Shown one piece after another: positions 49,076-58,439 of a stretch of DNA of 64,000 bases. The number at the start of each line of letters is the position of its first letter. Positions within the stretch are counted from its first letter, which is position 1. The DNA is from an uncultured delta proteobacterium (GTDB lineage Bacteria; Myxococcota; Myxococcia; Myxococcales; Anaeromyxobacteraceae). The notes under the pieces are model-generated. The model had not been told where the DNA came from. It was given only the letters and a program-made list of their open reading frames with translations, and searched no databases. The stretch spans positions 64,001 to 128,000 of the forward strand of contig CAVYBH010000011.1 of assembly GCA_963766715.1 (NCBI GenBank). The letters are read 5' to 3'. The position numbers and the translations under genes are program-made.

Positions 49076-49624
49076 TTGGAAGACCCGAGGAGCCAGGTGA
49101 GCCGGCTCTACAGGGAGCTTGGCCCGGTGGTGTACCGCCGGTGCCTTCGACTGCTCGGCGACCGGGCAGCGGCCGAGGACGCCACGCAGGAGGTCTTCGT
49201 GAAGCTGCTGCGCGACATGGGTCGGCTCCAGGATCGGGAAACCGTGCTCCCCTGGATCTTCCGGGTGGCGACGAACCACTGCCTGAACGTCCGTCGGGAC
49301 GCGCGAGGGCGCGGGCAGGACGGGCTCGCCGAGGACCTCGAGGTCCTGCCCGACACCCGCGGCGACGGTCCGGAGGCCTACCCGGATCGAGCGCTGGCGC
49401 AGTCGGTGCTGGCTCGCTTCGACGCCGAGACCCAGGCCGTGGCCGTGGGCGTCTTCGTGGACGGGATGGAGCACGAGGAGGTCGCGGCGGTCCTCGGCAT
49501 CTCCCGGCGCACGGTCTCGCGGAAGCTCTCGAGGTTCCTCGAGAACGCGCGAAAGTACCTGGCCCGGACCGACGCGGGACGGACGGAGCGGGCGAAGGAG
49601 CCGGACGAGGCGGTGCTGCCGTGA
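49076..49624 (+). CDS. ECF RNA polymerase sigma factor
   Basis: [58 protein letters not shown] before TTG. Confidence 0.92.
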   Translation: MEDPRSQVSRLYRELGPVVYRRCLRLLGDRAAAEDATQEVFVKLLRDMGRLQDRETVLPWIFRVATNHCLNVRRDARGRGQDGLAEDLEVLPDTRGDGPEAYPDRALAQSVLARFDAETQAVAVGVFVDGMEHEEVAAVLGISRRTVSRKLSRFLENARKYLARTDAGRTERAKEPDEAVLP

Positions 49625-50361
49625 CCCGCTGCGCGTCCGAGCTGGCCCTCGAGCGCCACCTGCTCGATCCCCGGCATTCCCGGATCGACCTGCACCTCCG
49701 ATCCTGCCCGGCGTGCCGGGCCCGCCTCGCCCGGATGGAGCGGGAGGGCGAGGGGTTCCACCGGTACGTCCACCCGCGCACCATCGACCGGATCCTGGCG
49801 GCGCAGGCGGCCCGCAAGCCCGCGTGGCGGAGATGGGCCACCTTGCTGCTGCCGGCCGGGGGGCTCGCCGCGGCGGCGACGGCCGCGCTTCTCCTCGTCT
49901 CCCCGATCCCGCCCGCCGGCTACACGGGCGAGAAGGGAACGCCGCTGGCGATGCGGGTCTGGGTCGGGGACGCCGACGGCGCCCGCGAGGTGTCCGACGG
50001 TGGCGCGGTTCCGCTGGGTTCCCGCCTGCGGTTCCGGGTCGCGGCCGGTCGCCCCTGCCGGCTCTGGCTCGTCTCGGCGGATGCCCAGGGAGACGTCTCC
50101 CGGCTCTACCCGGCGCAGGGAGATGCCGCGGTCGTGCAGGGAGGCGCCACGCTGCCGGGCGGGGTCGCGCTCGACGACGTGGCCGGGCCCGAGCGGCTCT
50201 TCGCAATCTGCAGCCCGGACCCCGTTCCCCTCGAGAAGGTCGAGCAGGCGATCCGGCGCGCCGCCCCGGGCGGTGCCGAGGCGATCCGGCGCCCGGTGCG
50301 GCTCGACGGCCTCCCCTCCGGGACCACCCAGGCCACGCTCCTCGTCGAGAAGGTCCCTTGA
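49621..50361 (+). CDS. Anti-sigma factor: zinc-binding N-terminus, one TM, extracytoplasmic DUF4384-like domain
   Basis: HLRSCPAC (HxxxCxxC), TM LLLPAGGLAAAATAALLLV, GSRLRFRV...DAQGDVSRLYP...LDDVAGPERLFAI; GTGA overlap with the sigma gene. Confidence 0.8.
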   Translation: MTRCASELALERHLLDPRHSRIDLHLRSCPACRARLARMEREGEGFHRYVHPRTIDRILAAQAARKPAWRRWATLLLPAGGLAAAATAALLLVSPIPPAGYTGEKGTPLAMRVWVGDADGAREVSDGGAVPLGSRLRFRVAAGRPCRLWLVSADAQGDVSRLYPAQGDAAVVQGGATLPGGVALDDVAGPERLFAICSPDPVPLEKVEQAIRRAAPGGAEAIRRPVRLDGLPSGTTQATLLVEKVP

Positions 50362-51872
50362 GCCGGAGGAGCACGCTCGCCGCGCTGCTGCTCGTGGCCG
50401 CCCTCGCGCCGGCCCCGGCCGCCGCGGCGGCGCGCTTCGCCATCGTCGTCGGCAACGACGCCGGGACGACCGGACGCCCGCGGCTGTACTTCGCCGAGAA
50501 GGACGCCGACCGCGTCCGCGCCGCGCTCCTGGAGCTCGGCGACTTCTCCGACGATCGCGTCGTCGTGCTCAAGGGCCGGAGCGCCTCGGCGTTCCGGGAG
50601 GCCTTCGCCGCCACCGACGCGCGCATGCAGCTGGCTCGCCGCTCGGGGGAGCGCACGCTCCTCGTCGTCTACTTCTCCGGTCACGCCGGCTCGGTGGGGC
50701 TCGAGCTCGGGAACGACACGCTCTCGTACGACGAGCTGCGCAAGCTCACCGCCGCCTCCCAGGCCGACACCAAGGTCGTCGTCCTGGACGCATGCGAGTC
50801 GGGCGGCCTCACCCAGGTGAAGAGCGCCAGGCCGCTGTCCGCCGTCGACTTCGCCCTGCCCAACGACGAGAGCGCCCGGGGGACGGCCTTCATCACCTCG
50901 GCCGCGGTGGGAGAGGCGGCCCAGGAGTCGGCGGCCCTGGGCGGCAGCTTCTTCACCCATCACCTCGACGTGGGGCTGCGCGGGGCGGCCGACGCCGACG
51001 GGGACGGCCAGGTCACGCTGGCCGAGGCCTTCCGCTACACCTCGGCCCGCACGGTGGCCCAGACGGCCGGGACGCAGAGCGGCATCCAGCACCCCACCTA
51101 CGAGTTCCGCATGTCCGGCCGAGGCGACGTGGTCCTCGCCGACCTGCGCAAGGCCGAGTCGAAGCTGGTCCTCCCCGCCGATCCCGGGTCGACCTACTTC
51201 CTTCGCGGCCCGAAGGGCGTGCTCACCGAGGTTCCGGCCCAGGCGGCGCCGCTCGCGCTGGCCCTTCCGGCGGGGCGGTACGCGGTGGAACGGCGCTCCC
51301 CGGACGGGCGCGCGACGGGCGAGGTCACGCTGGAGAAGGGCGCGACCCGCGACCTCCCGCTCCTCTCGCCCACCCGGTACGAGGTGGCGCGCGCCAAGGG
51401 AGGGCCCAAGCCGAACCTGGCCTTCGTCGAGGGCGGGGTGGCCTGGTTCGACATGAAGGGGCTGGGCGTCGCACCGACGGTCCGGGCCGGCGTCCGCAAG
51501 GAGTTCGGGCCGGTCGGGCTCCGGGTCGCCTTCGACTGGGCCGGAAAGAACGTCTCGGGGGGCACGCTCGACTACCAGTTCCAGTACTTCGGCGGCTCGG
51601 TGGCGCTGCTCTGGCCGCTCACCGAGAGCGCCTTCTTCCTGGAGCTCGGGCCCCAGGTCACCGGCGGGTTCGCCAACCAGACGTTCCCGTCGAGCCCGTC
51701 CTTCTCCTCGGGCATCTTCGGCGCGGGTGCGGCGCTGATGGCCTCGATTCCCCTCGGCCCGGTGCGCCTCGGCCTCGACGTCAGCGCGGCCGCCCAGCTC
51801 TACAAGCTGAACGACAAGACCGTCGTCCGGCCGGGCGGCTCGGCCGGCCTGCTCCTGCTCTTCGGGTTCTAG
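50358..51872 (+). CDS. Exported caspase-like (peptidase C14) protein with putative C-terminal outer-membrane beta-barrel
   Basis: Signal peptide, RFAIVVGN, YFSGHA (His), VLDACESG (Cys), AQES...GSFFT; C-terminal amphipathic beta-strands ending ...LLLLFGF. Confidence 0.85.
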   Translation: MSRRSTLAALLLVAALAPAPAAAAARFAIVVGNDAGTTGRPRLYFAEKDADRVRAALLELGDFSDDRVVVLKGRSASAFREAFAATDARMQLARRSGERTLLVVYFSGHAGSVGLELGNDTLSYDELRKLTAASQADTKVVVLDACESGGLTQVKSARPLSAVDFALPNDESARGTAFITSAAVGEAAQESAALGGSFFTHHLDVGLRGAADADGDGQVTLAEAFRYTSARTVAQTAGTQSGIQHPTYEFRMSGRGDVVLADLRKAESKLVLPADPGSTYFLRGPKGVLTEVPAQAAPLALALPAGRYAVERRSPDGRATGEVTLEKGATRDLPLLSPTRYEVARAKGGPKPNLAFVEGGVAWFDMKGLGVAPTVRAGVRKEFGPVGLRVAFDWAGKNVSGGTLDYQFQYFGGSVALLWPLTESAFFLELGPQVTGGFANQTFPSSPSFSSGIFGAGAALMASIPLGPVRLGLDVSAAAQLYKLNDKTVVRPGGSAGLLLLFGF

Positions 51873-51873
51873 G

Positions 51874-53647
51874 ATGCGCAAGCTCCCCCACGCCCTCGTC
51901 GCCCTCCTCGCCCTGTCGGCGCTGGCGTCCACGGCCTGCAGCAAGACGCTCGTCGACGAGGACGGGGCGAACCTCGTCCCCGTCGCCTGCAACTGCCTGG
52001 CGCCCGCGGGCGGGAGCCCGGTGTGCAACCCCGACGGCAGCTGCGACTACGTCTGCCAGGGCGACCTCCTCAAGTGCGGGGGCGGGTGCGTGACCTGCTC
52101 CGCTCCGGCCAACGCCAGCCCGGCCTGCGTGCAGGCCACCTGCGGCTTCACCTGCAACGCGCCGGCGCGGCTCTGCGAGGGCGCAGCGGCCACCTGCCAG
52201 GTGGAGAGCGACCTCTCCTGCGGCGCCAGCTGCGCGCCATGCCCCGGTCCGTCCACCGGCCCGGGGCGTGGGGTCTGCCAGCCCGGTCCGTCCGTGGGGA
52301 CCGGCACCTGCTCCGTCGCCTGCGACGCGGGCACCCACGGCTGTGGCGGCTCCTGCTTCGCCGACGACGACGCGGCCCACTGCGGCGCGACCTGCCAGGT
52401 GTGCACCGCGCCGGTGAACGCCTCCCCAATCTGCGCCGCCGGCGGCTGCGCGTTCGCCTGCAACCCGGGCTGGATGCGCTGCGGCGACGGATGCTGCCTC
52501 GCCTCCTCGGTCGCCGCGGGCGGCCAGTTCGGCTGCGCCCTCCTCGACGACGGCCGCGTCCGGTGCTGGGGCGCCAACGACCGCGGCCAGCTGGGAGACG
52601 GATCGACGACCTTCCGCCCGGTCCCGGTCGACGTGACGGGGCTCCCGGCGGCGCCGTCCCGCGCCGTCGCGGTCGCCGCGGGCTGGGCCCACGCCTGCGC
52701 CGTGATCGCGCCGGGCGGCCAGGTCTAGTGCTGGGGCGACAACACCACGGGTGAACTGGGCGCGGGCGCCCCGGGCAGCTTCAGCCCCACGGCGATCCCG
52801 GTCGCCGGGATCGCCGGCGTGCCCGCCCCGGCCTCCTCCGTCGTCGCCGCCGCTGATCGCCGCCGGTGGAGGCGTGGCCGGGACGCCCGCCGCCGCCTTC
52901 GGGCACACCTGTGCGGTCGGCTCGGGCGGCCTCGCCTGCTGGGGCGCCAACGGGTCCGGGCAGCTCGGAGACGGGACCACCACGCAGAGCAGCAGCCCGC
53001 GAGTCGTGTCGGGGCTCGGCGTCGTCACCTCCGTGACGGCCGGCGAGCAGCACACCTGCGCCGTGTCCGGCGGCGCCCTGCGCTGCTGGGGCGCGAACGG
53101 CGCGGGGCAGCTCGGCGACGGCAGCTCGACCTCGAGGACCACGCCGGTGGCGGTGAGCACCGCGGCGTTCCCCGCCGGGGCCACGGCCAGCCTCGCCGCC
53201 GCGGGCCGGACCTCCTCCTGCGCCATCGTCGGGACGCCGGCCGCGCTCTTCTGCTGGGGCGACAACGGGGAGGGACAGGTGACCGGCAACGCGCCGCCTC
53301 CCGCCACCCAGCCCACGCCGCTCGCGCCCGCGCTCGGCGGCAGCTTCGTCCCGACGTTCGTCGCGGCGGGCCGGGCCCACGTCTGCGCGCTCAAGCCCGA
53401 GATGAAGTGCTTCGGCGCCAACGGGCAGAGCCAGCTGACCGGGCCGCCCGCGGCGGTGGGCAAGGTGGACGTGACGCTCACCGGAGGCAGCGGCATCGCG
53501 CTCACCGTGGCCGCCGGCGGCGACCACACCTGCGCGCTCCTCACCGACGGCTCCGTGCAGTGCTGGGGCGCGAACGACCGGGGCCAGACCGGCACGGGCC
53601 TTCCGGCCGCGTCGGTCGTCACGCCCGCGTTCGTGTCCGGACGCTGA
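51874..53647 (+). CDS. Lipoprotein with Cys-rich region and RCC1-like repeats; in-frame TAG at 52726-52728 and indel near 52850
   Basis: Lipobox STAC; repeated CxAPxNASPxC Cys-rich units; [48 protein letters not shown] repeats. Confidence 0.82.
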
Positions 53648-53658
53648 TCCAAACCATC

Positions 53659-53685
53659 TGTCCCGTGCCGCGGAGTCGCCGTGTC
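53659..53685 (+). promoter_or_regulatory. Putative ECF-sigma promoter, copy 2
   Basis: TGTCCCGT-N13-CGTGTC in the intergenic gap before ATG 53733. Confidence 0.72.
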
Positions 53686-53732
53686 TTCCCGTCAGACAGC
53701 GGGCGGGCACTTCTCCAGCGACGGAGCGGCAC

Positions 53733-55298
53733 ATGGACAGCGCGAAGCGGAACCTGGCGGTCGGCGTGGCGATGGCAGTCTTCCTCGTGGCCTGCGGGGG
53801 CACGACCGGCGGGTCGTCCGCCGGAGGTGCCGTGCGGCCCGACCGGCCCCACCGGACCCACCGGGCCCACCGGACCGACCGGGCCCACCGGGCCGACCGG
53901 ATCCACCGGTCCCACCGGACCGACCGGGTCCGACGGGCCCCACCGGGTTCGCCGTCACGGCCGCCGCACGCGGCGCCATCACGGGCCTCTCGCCCCTGAC
54001 GGTGAATGGCGTCCGCTTCGACACCTCCGGGGCCGAGGTCCGCGTCGAGGGGGAGATCCGGGGCGAGGCCGAGCTGCGCAAGGGGCAGGTGGTCCACGTC
54101 CGGGGCGAGATCCACGGCCGCGACGGCCGCGCGGCCACCATCTCCTTCGACGACGACCTGCGCGGGAAGGTGGACGACCGCGGCGGCAGCCGCATGCACG
54201 TGGGCGGACACGAGATCGAGATCGAGGACGCGACGGAGTTCGAGGACGAGACCCGCCGGGAGGACTCGATCCAGCCCGGCGAGCGCGTCCGGGTCTCCGG
54301 GCACCGGACGTCGTCCGGCGCCATCCGCGCCACCCGCATCGAGAAGGAGGCGGGCAGCCAGGAGGACTTCGAGGTGAAGGGCTACGTGGCGAGCCTGGCC
54401 GCCGCCGCCGTTCCGCCGTCCTTCGCGCTCCGCATGACTCCCGCCGGCGCCGACGTCTACCAGGTGACGCTCGCTGCCGGCGCGACGCTCCCCGCCGGCG
54501 TGAAGGACGGCTCCTTCGTCGAGGTGAGGTCGGCGGCGAGGCCGGTGGCCGGCGCGCTGATCGCCACCGCCGTCGCGCTCGAGGACGCGAGCACCGGCGC
54601 GGAGAACGACGAGGCCGAGGTCGAGGGGATCGTCACCTCCGGCGACTCGACCGCCTTCTCCATCGGCGCCCAGCCGGTCACGACGTCGGCCGCGACGCGC
54701 TGGGAGAACGGGCTGCCCGAGGATCTCCTCCCCGGGGCGAAGGTCGAGGCGGAGGGGACGCTCGACGCCCAGGGCGTGCTCGTCGGCGACGAAGGTCTCC
54801 TTCCGGGAGAACGTCCGGCTGCAGGGAGCCCCCGCGGGCGCGGTCGGGACGGCGCCCGGCGTCGGCACCTTCCAGGTCCTGGGCCTCACGGTCCGGGTGG
54901 ACGGGCTCACGGAGTGGAAGTCGTCGGGCAAGGGCGGCGGCATCTCCCTGTCGAACCTGGGCACGTCCCCGGTCCAGGTCCGGGGCTACCGCGCCCGGAA
55001 CGGAACCGACGTCATCGCCACCCGGGTCGAGTCGCGGAGCGACGTCCGGATCATCCTCCAGGGCCCGGTGTCCTCGAAGGACGCCGCGGCGGGCACGCTG
55101 GCCATCCTGGGTCTCACCGTCCGGTCGAGCGGCGGCACGGAGTTCCGCGACGCGACCGACGGCGCCCTCTCCGCCTCGGCCTTCTTCGACGCGGTGACGG
55201 TGGACGGGACGGTCGTGAAGGCGCGCGGCAGGGACGCCACCGCCCTCTCCGGGACCACGCTCGCCGCCGAGGAAGTGGAGATCGAGGGCAGCCGCTGA
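53733..55298 (+). CDS. DUF5666-like repeat lipoprotein with collagen-like linker; indels near 53833, 53929 and 54785
   Basis: Lipobox LVAC; repeated small beta domains ([16 protein letters not shown]...IRATRIE, EVEGIVT...KVEAEG, LQGPV). Confidence 0.75.
53836..53944 (+). repeat. 9-bp tandem repeat encoding about 12 Gly-Pro-Thr triplets (one Gly-Ser-Thr)
   Basis: GGN CCN ACN units with synonymous third-position variation. Confidence 0.9.
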
Positions 55299-55325
55299 GG
55301 AAATCGGGCGAGGCGGGATCTCTCG

Positions 55326-55352
55326 TGTCCCGTCCCGCCCGCCCTCCGTGTC
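55326..55352 (+). promoter_or_regulatory. Putative ECF-sigma promoter, copy 3
   Basis: TGTCCCGT-N13-CGTGTC in the intergenic gap before ATG 55395. Confidence 0.72.
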
Positions 55353-55394
55353 AAGGACCGTAGAGCCTCGAGGAATCCATCCAGGAGAGTCGCC

Positions 55395-56864
55395 ATGACC
55401 CGTTTCCACCGCCGCCGCCCGCTCGCCTCAGCCAGATTCGCCCCCCCCCTGGCTGCGGCCCTCCTTCTCGCCGCCTGCGGAGGGTCGACCTCGACTCCCG
55501 CCGGTGGCGGGGGAGGGGGCGGCGGCGGTGGAGTCACCGCGGCGGCGACCAGCAAGGGCGTGGTCACGGCCACCGGGAACCTCACGGTGAACGGCATCCG
55601 CTTCGACACCTCGACGGCGCAGATCCGCATCGACGACAACCCGGGGCGCCCCGAGTCGGAGCTCAAGGTCGGGATGGTCGTGAAGGTGAAGGGGTCGAAG
55701 GACGACGCGGCGGGCACGGGAAAGGCCACGGAGGTCGAGGCCCACCACGTGGTCCGAGGCAAAGTGGACGACAAGGGAGGCGGCATCCTCCGCGTCGGCG
55801 GCCACGAGGTGGAGATCGAGCACGGCACCGAGTTCGAGAACCACGCCTCCGGCCTCGACTCGATCTCGGTGGGCGAGCGGGTCCGCGTGCACGGCCACCC
55901 GACGGCCACGGGCCACATCCGCGCCACCCGCGTCGAGAAGGAGGCCGGAACCTCGGAGGACTTCGAGGTGAAGGGCTTCGTGTCCGACCTCGCGGCCGCC
56001 GCTGGCACCTTCACCCTCCAGGTCTCGCCCGACGCAGCCTCGAGCTACGCCGTGACCATGGCCTCCGGCGTCGCCGTCCCGGCCGCCGTCGTGAACGGCT
56101 CCTACGTCGAGGTCCGCGCGGCCTCTGCGCCGGTGGCCGGGGCGCTCACCGCCACCGCGGTCGTCCTCGAGGACGCCAGCCTCGGCGCCGCCCAGGCCGA
56201 GGTCGAGGTGGAGGGGCTGGTGACCAGCGGATCCTCCGCCCAGTTCGTGGTCGAGGGGCAGACCGTCGCCACCTCGGGCACCACCCGCTGGGAAAACGGG
56301 CTGCCGGCCGACCTCGCTCCAGGAGTGAAGGTGGAGGCCGAGGGCAGGCTCGACGCCGCCGGCGTCCTCCAGGCCACCAAGGTCTCCTTCCGCGCCAACG
56401 TCCGCCTGCAGGGGCCGGTCTCGAACGTGGACGTGGCGAGCGGCAGCTTCCAGGTCCTCGGGCTCACCGTGCGCACCGACCCGTGGACCGAGTGGAAGTC
56501 CTCGGGCGGCGGCGGGTCGCTCGGCCTGGCCACCCTCGGCTCCGGCCCGGTCGAGGTCCGCGGCGTTCCCGGGCAGGCCGGCGAGATCCTCGCGACGCGC
56601 GTGGAGGCCACGAACGACTCCCGCCTCTACCTCCAGGGACCGGTGACGTCGAAGGACGCCGCGGCCGGTACGCTCGTCATCCTGGGAATCACCGTCCAGA
56701 CCGGCTCGTCGACCGAGTTCAGCGGCATCGCCGGGCCGTCGACGAGCTCCGCATTCTTCGCGGAGGTGGTCGCGGGCAAGACGGTGGTCAAGGTGCGCAG
56801 CCGCGATCCGCTGTCCGGGACCACGCTCACCGCGGATCAGGCAGAGGTCGAAGGGAGCCGATGA
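55395..56864 (+). CDS. DUF5666-like repeat lipoprotein, paralogue of the preceding gene, with a poly-Gly linker
   Basis: Intact ORF; lipobox LAAC; collinear with the upstream gene ([57 protein letters not shown]-terminal EGSR). Confidence 0.8.
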   Translation: MTRFHRRRPLASARFAPPLAAALLLAACGGSTSTPAGGGGGGGGGGVTAAATSKGVVTATGNLTVNGIRFDTSTAQIRIDDNPGRPESELKVGMVVKVKGSKDDAAGTGKATEVEAHHVVRGKVDDKGGGILRVGGHEVEIEHGTEFENHASGLDSISVGERVRVHGHPTATGHIRATRVEKEAGTSEDFEVKGFVSDLAAAAGTFTLQVSPDAASSYAVTMASGVAVPAAVVNGSYVEVRAASAPVAGALTATAVVLEDASLGAAQAEVEVEGLVTSGSSAQFVVEGQTVATSGTTRWENGLPADLAPGVKVEAEGRLDAAGVLQATKVSFRANVRLQGPVSNVDVASGSFQVLGLTVRTDPWTEWKSSGGGGSLGLATLGSGPVEVRGVPGQAGEILATRVEATNDSRLYLQGPVTSKDAAAGTLVILGITVQTGSSTEFSGIAGPSTSSAFFAEVVAGKTVVKVRSRDPLSGTTLTADQAEVEGSR

Positions 56865-56878
56865 TCGGCTCCCTCGGG

Positions 56879-56912
56879 CGCGTCCCCGGATACCCCTCCC
56901 TCCGGGGACGCG
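56879..56912. terminator. Hairpin between convergent genes, probable bidirectional terminator
   Basis: Perfect 12-bp inverted repeat CGCGTCCCCGGA / TCCGGGGACGCG with a 10-nt loop; no clear U-tract. Confidence 0.6.
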
Positions 56913-56918
56913 TCAGCT

Positions 56919-58373
56919 TCACTCCTTCGGCTTCAGGCCCAGCGCCCGCATCCGCTCCCGCAGCGTGTTGCGGTTCATGCCCAGCAGCTCGGCCGCCTTG
57001 AGCTGGTTCCCGTGGGTGCGGGCCATGGCGGAGGCGATGAGCGGGGCCTCCAAGGCGGCGAGCGCCGCCTGGTAGCGTCCGCCGTCCGGCTCCGGGCCGT
57101 CGAGGAATCCATCCACGAATCCGGTGAGCCCCTTCTCCCGCGCGGCGCCGGCCGGCAGCAGCGGGGCCAGGTCCCGGGCGGTGATGCGGTTGCCGGGCAG
57201 GGAGAGCAGCACCCGCTGGATCACGTTCTGGAGCTCGCGGACGTTGCCGGGCCAGGAGTGCGCGAGGAGCAGCGGCTCGGCGTCGCGCGCGAGGGTGACC
57301 GGTCGGCCGCGAAGCTGCTCGCCGTACTTGGCGGCGAAGTGCCGGGCGAGCAGGATCACGTCGTGGTCCCGCTCCCGCAGGGGAGGCAGGCGGATGGGAA
57401 CCACGGCCAGCCGGTAGAAGAGATCGCGGCGGAAGCGCCCCTCCTCCACCGAGCGCCCCAGGTCGGCATTGGTCGCGGCCACGATGCGGACGTCCACCGG
57501 GAGGGGGCGCGATCCGCCCACCCGGTCGATCTCCCGCTCCTGCAGGACGCGAAGCAGCTTGGCCTGGAGCTCGACGGGCATCTCGCCGATCTCGTCGAGG
57601 AAGAGCGTGCCGCCGCTCGCCAGCTCGAACTTGCCGGGGCGACGCTCGGCGGCGCCGGTGAACGCGCCGCGCTCGTGGCCGTAGAGCTCGCTCTCCATGA
57701 GGTCGCGCGGGATGGCGGCCATGTTCACGGTGATGAACGGGCCCCGGGCGCGGGGGGAGTTGGCGTGGACGGCGCGGGCCACGAGCTCCTTGCCGGTCCC
57801 GCTCTCGCCCATCAGCGTGACCGTCATCTCCGTGCGGGCCACGCGGCCGATCTCCTTGAAGACCTCCACCATCGCGGGCGAACGGCCGATGAGGGAGTCG
57901 ATCGGGGCTCCGTCGCGCTTCCGATCCGGCTCGGGGCTCCGTGCCGGGGCGCGCTCCGAGCGCTCGTCGGCCTCGATCTCCGGGCCGATGGCGAGGTCGC
58001 GGACGATTCGCTCGACGCGCGCCAGGTCGAAGGGCTTGCCCAGGTAGTCGGCGGCGCCGCGCTTCATGGCCTCGACCGCCGACCGCATGGTGTCCTCGGC
58101 GGTCATCACCACCACGAAGGGCGAGTCGGGGCGGCCGGCCAGCTCCCCGAGCAGGGTGAAGCCGTCGTCTCCGGGGAGGCGGACGTCGAGCAGCACGAGC
58201 CCGATGCCGCCGTGGCGGCCGGTGCCGTGCCTCCCGAGCTCGACGCGCGCCTCCTCGGCGCTGCCGGCCTCGAGGTGGGGGGCGCCGACCCGCTCGCAGG
58301 TGCGGGCCAGGACGAAACGGACGGAGGGCTCGTCGTCGACGATCAGGACCTTGCGCATCGCCGTCTCGTCCAT
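56919..58373 (-). CDS. ntrC: Sigma-54-dependent response regulator, NtrC-like
   Basis: Receiver [45 protein letters not shown], Fis-type HTH; downstream of glnB and the kinase. Confidence 0.88.
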   Translation of the reverse strand: MDETAMRKVLIVDDEPSVRFVLARTCERVGAPHLEAGSAEEARVELGRHGTGRHGGIGLVLLDVRLPGDDGFTLLGELAGRPDSPFVVVMTAEDTMRSAVEAMKRGAADYLGKPFDLARVERIVRDLAIGPEIEADERSERAPARSPEPDRKRDGAPIDSLIGRSPAMVEVFKEIGRVARTEMTVTLMGESGTGKELVARAVHANSPRARGPFITVNMAAIPRDLMESELYGHERGAFTGAAERRPGKFELASGGTLFLDEIGEMPVELQAKLLRVLQEREIDRVGGSRPLPVDVRIVAATNADLGRSVEEGRFRRDLFYRLAVVPIRLPPLRERDHDVILLARHFAAKYGEQLRGRPVTLARDAEPLLLAHSWPGNVRELQNVIQRVLLSLPGNRITARDLAPLLPAGAAREKGLTGFVDGFLDGPEPDGGRYQAALAALEAPLIASAMARTHGNQLKAAELLGMNRNTLRERMRALGLKPKE

Positions 58374-58383
58374 GCACCTCTTA

Positions 58384-58400
58384 TGCCCGAACCGCGGGCA
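58384..58400. promoter_or_regulatory. Palindrome TGCCCG-N5-CGGGCA, putative NtrC-type site
   Basis: TGCCCGAACCGCGGGCA in the ntrB-ntrC gap, 10 nt from the ntrC start. Confidence 0.55.
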
Positions 58401-58439
58401 CCCGGCATGACGAGAAGCGGGCAGACCCGACAGGCCGGC

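Noticed and set aside
53836..53944. Short tandem repeat as CRISPR array or contingency locus
   Set aside because: No spacers or cas genes; units vary at synonymous positions and encode Gly-Pro-Thr
48900..56918. Cassette as a transposon, prophage or anti-phage caspase/gasdermin-type defence island
   Set aside because: No recombinase, terminal repeats or phage genes; the caspase has an export signal and no pore-forming or NLR-like partner is visible
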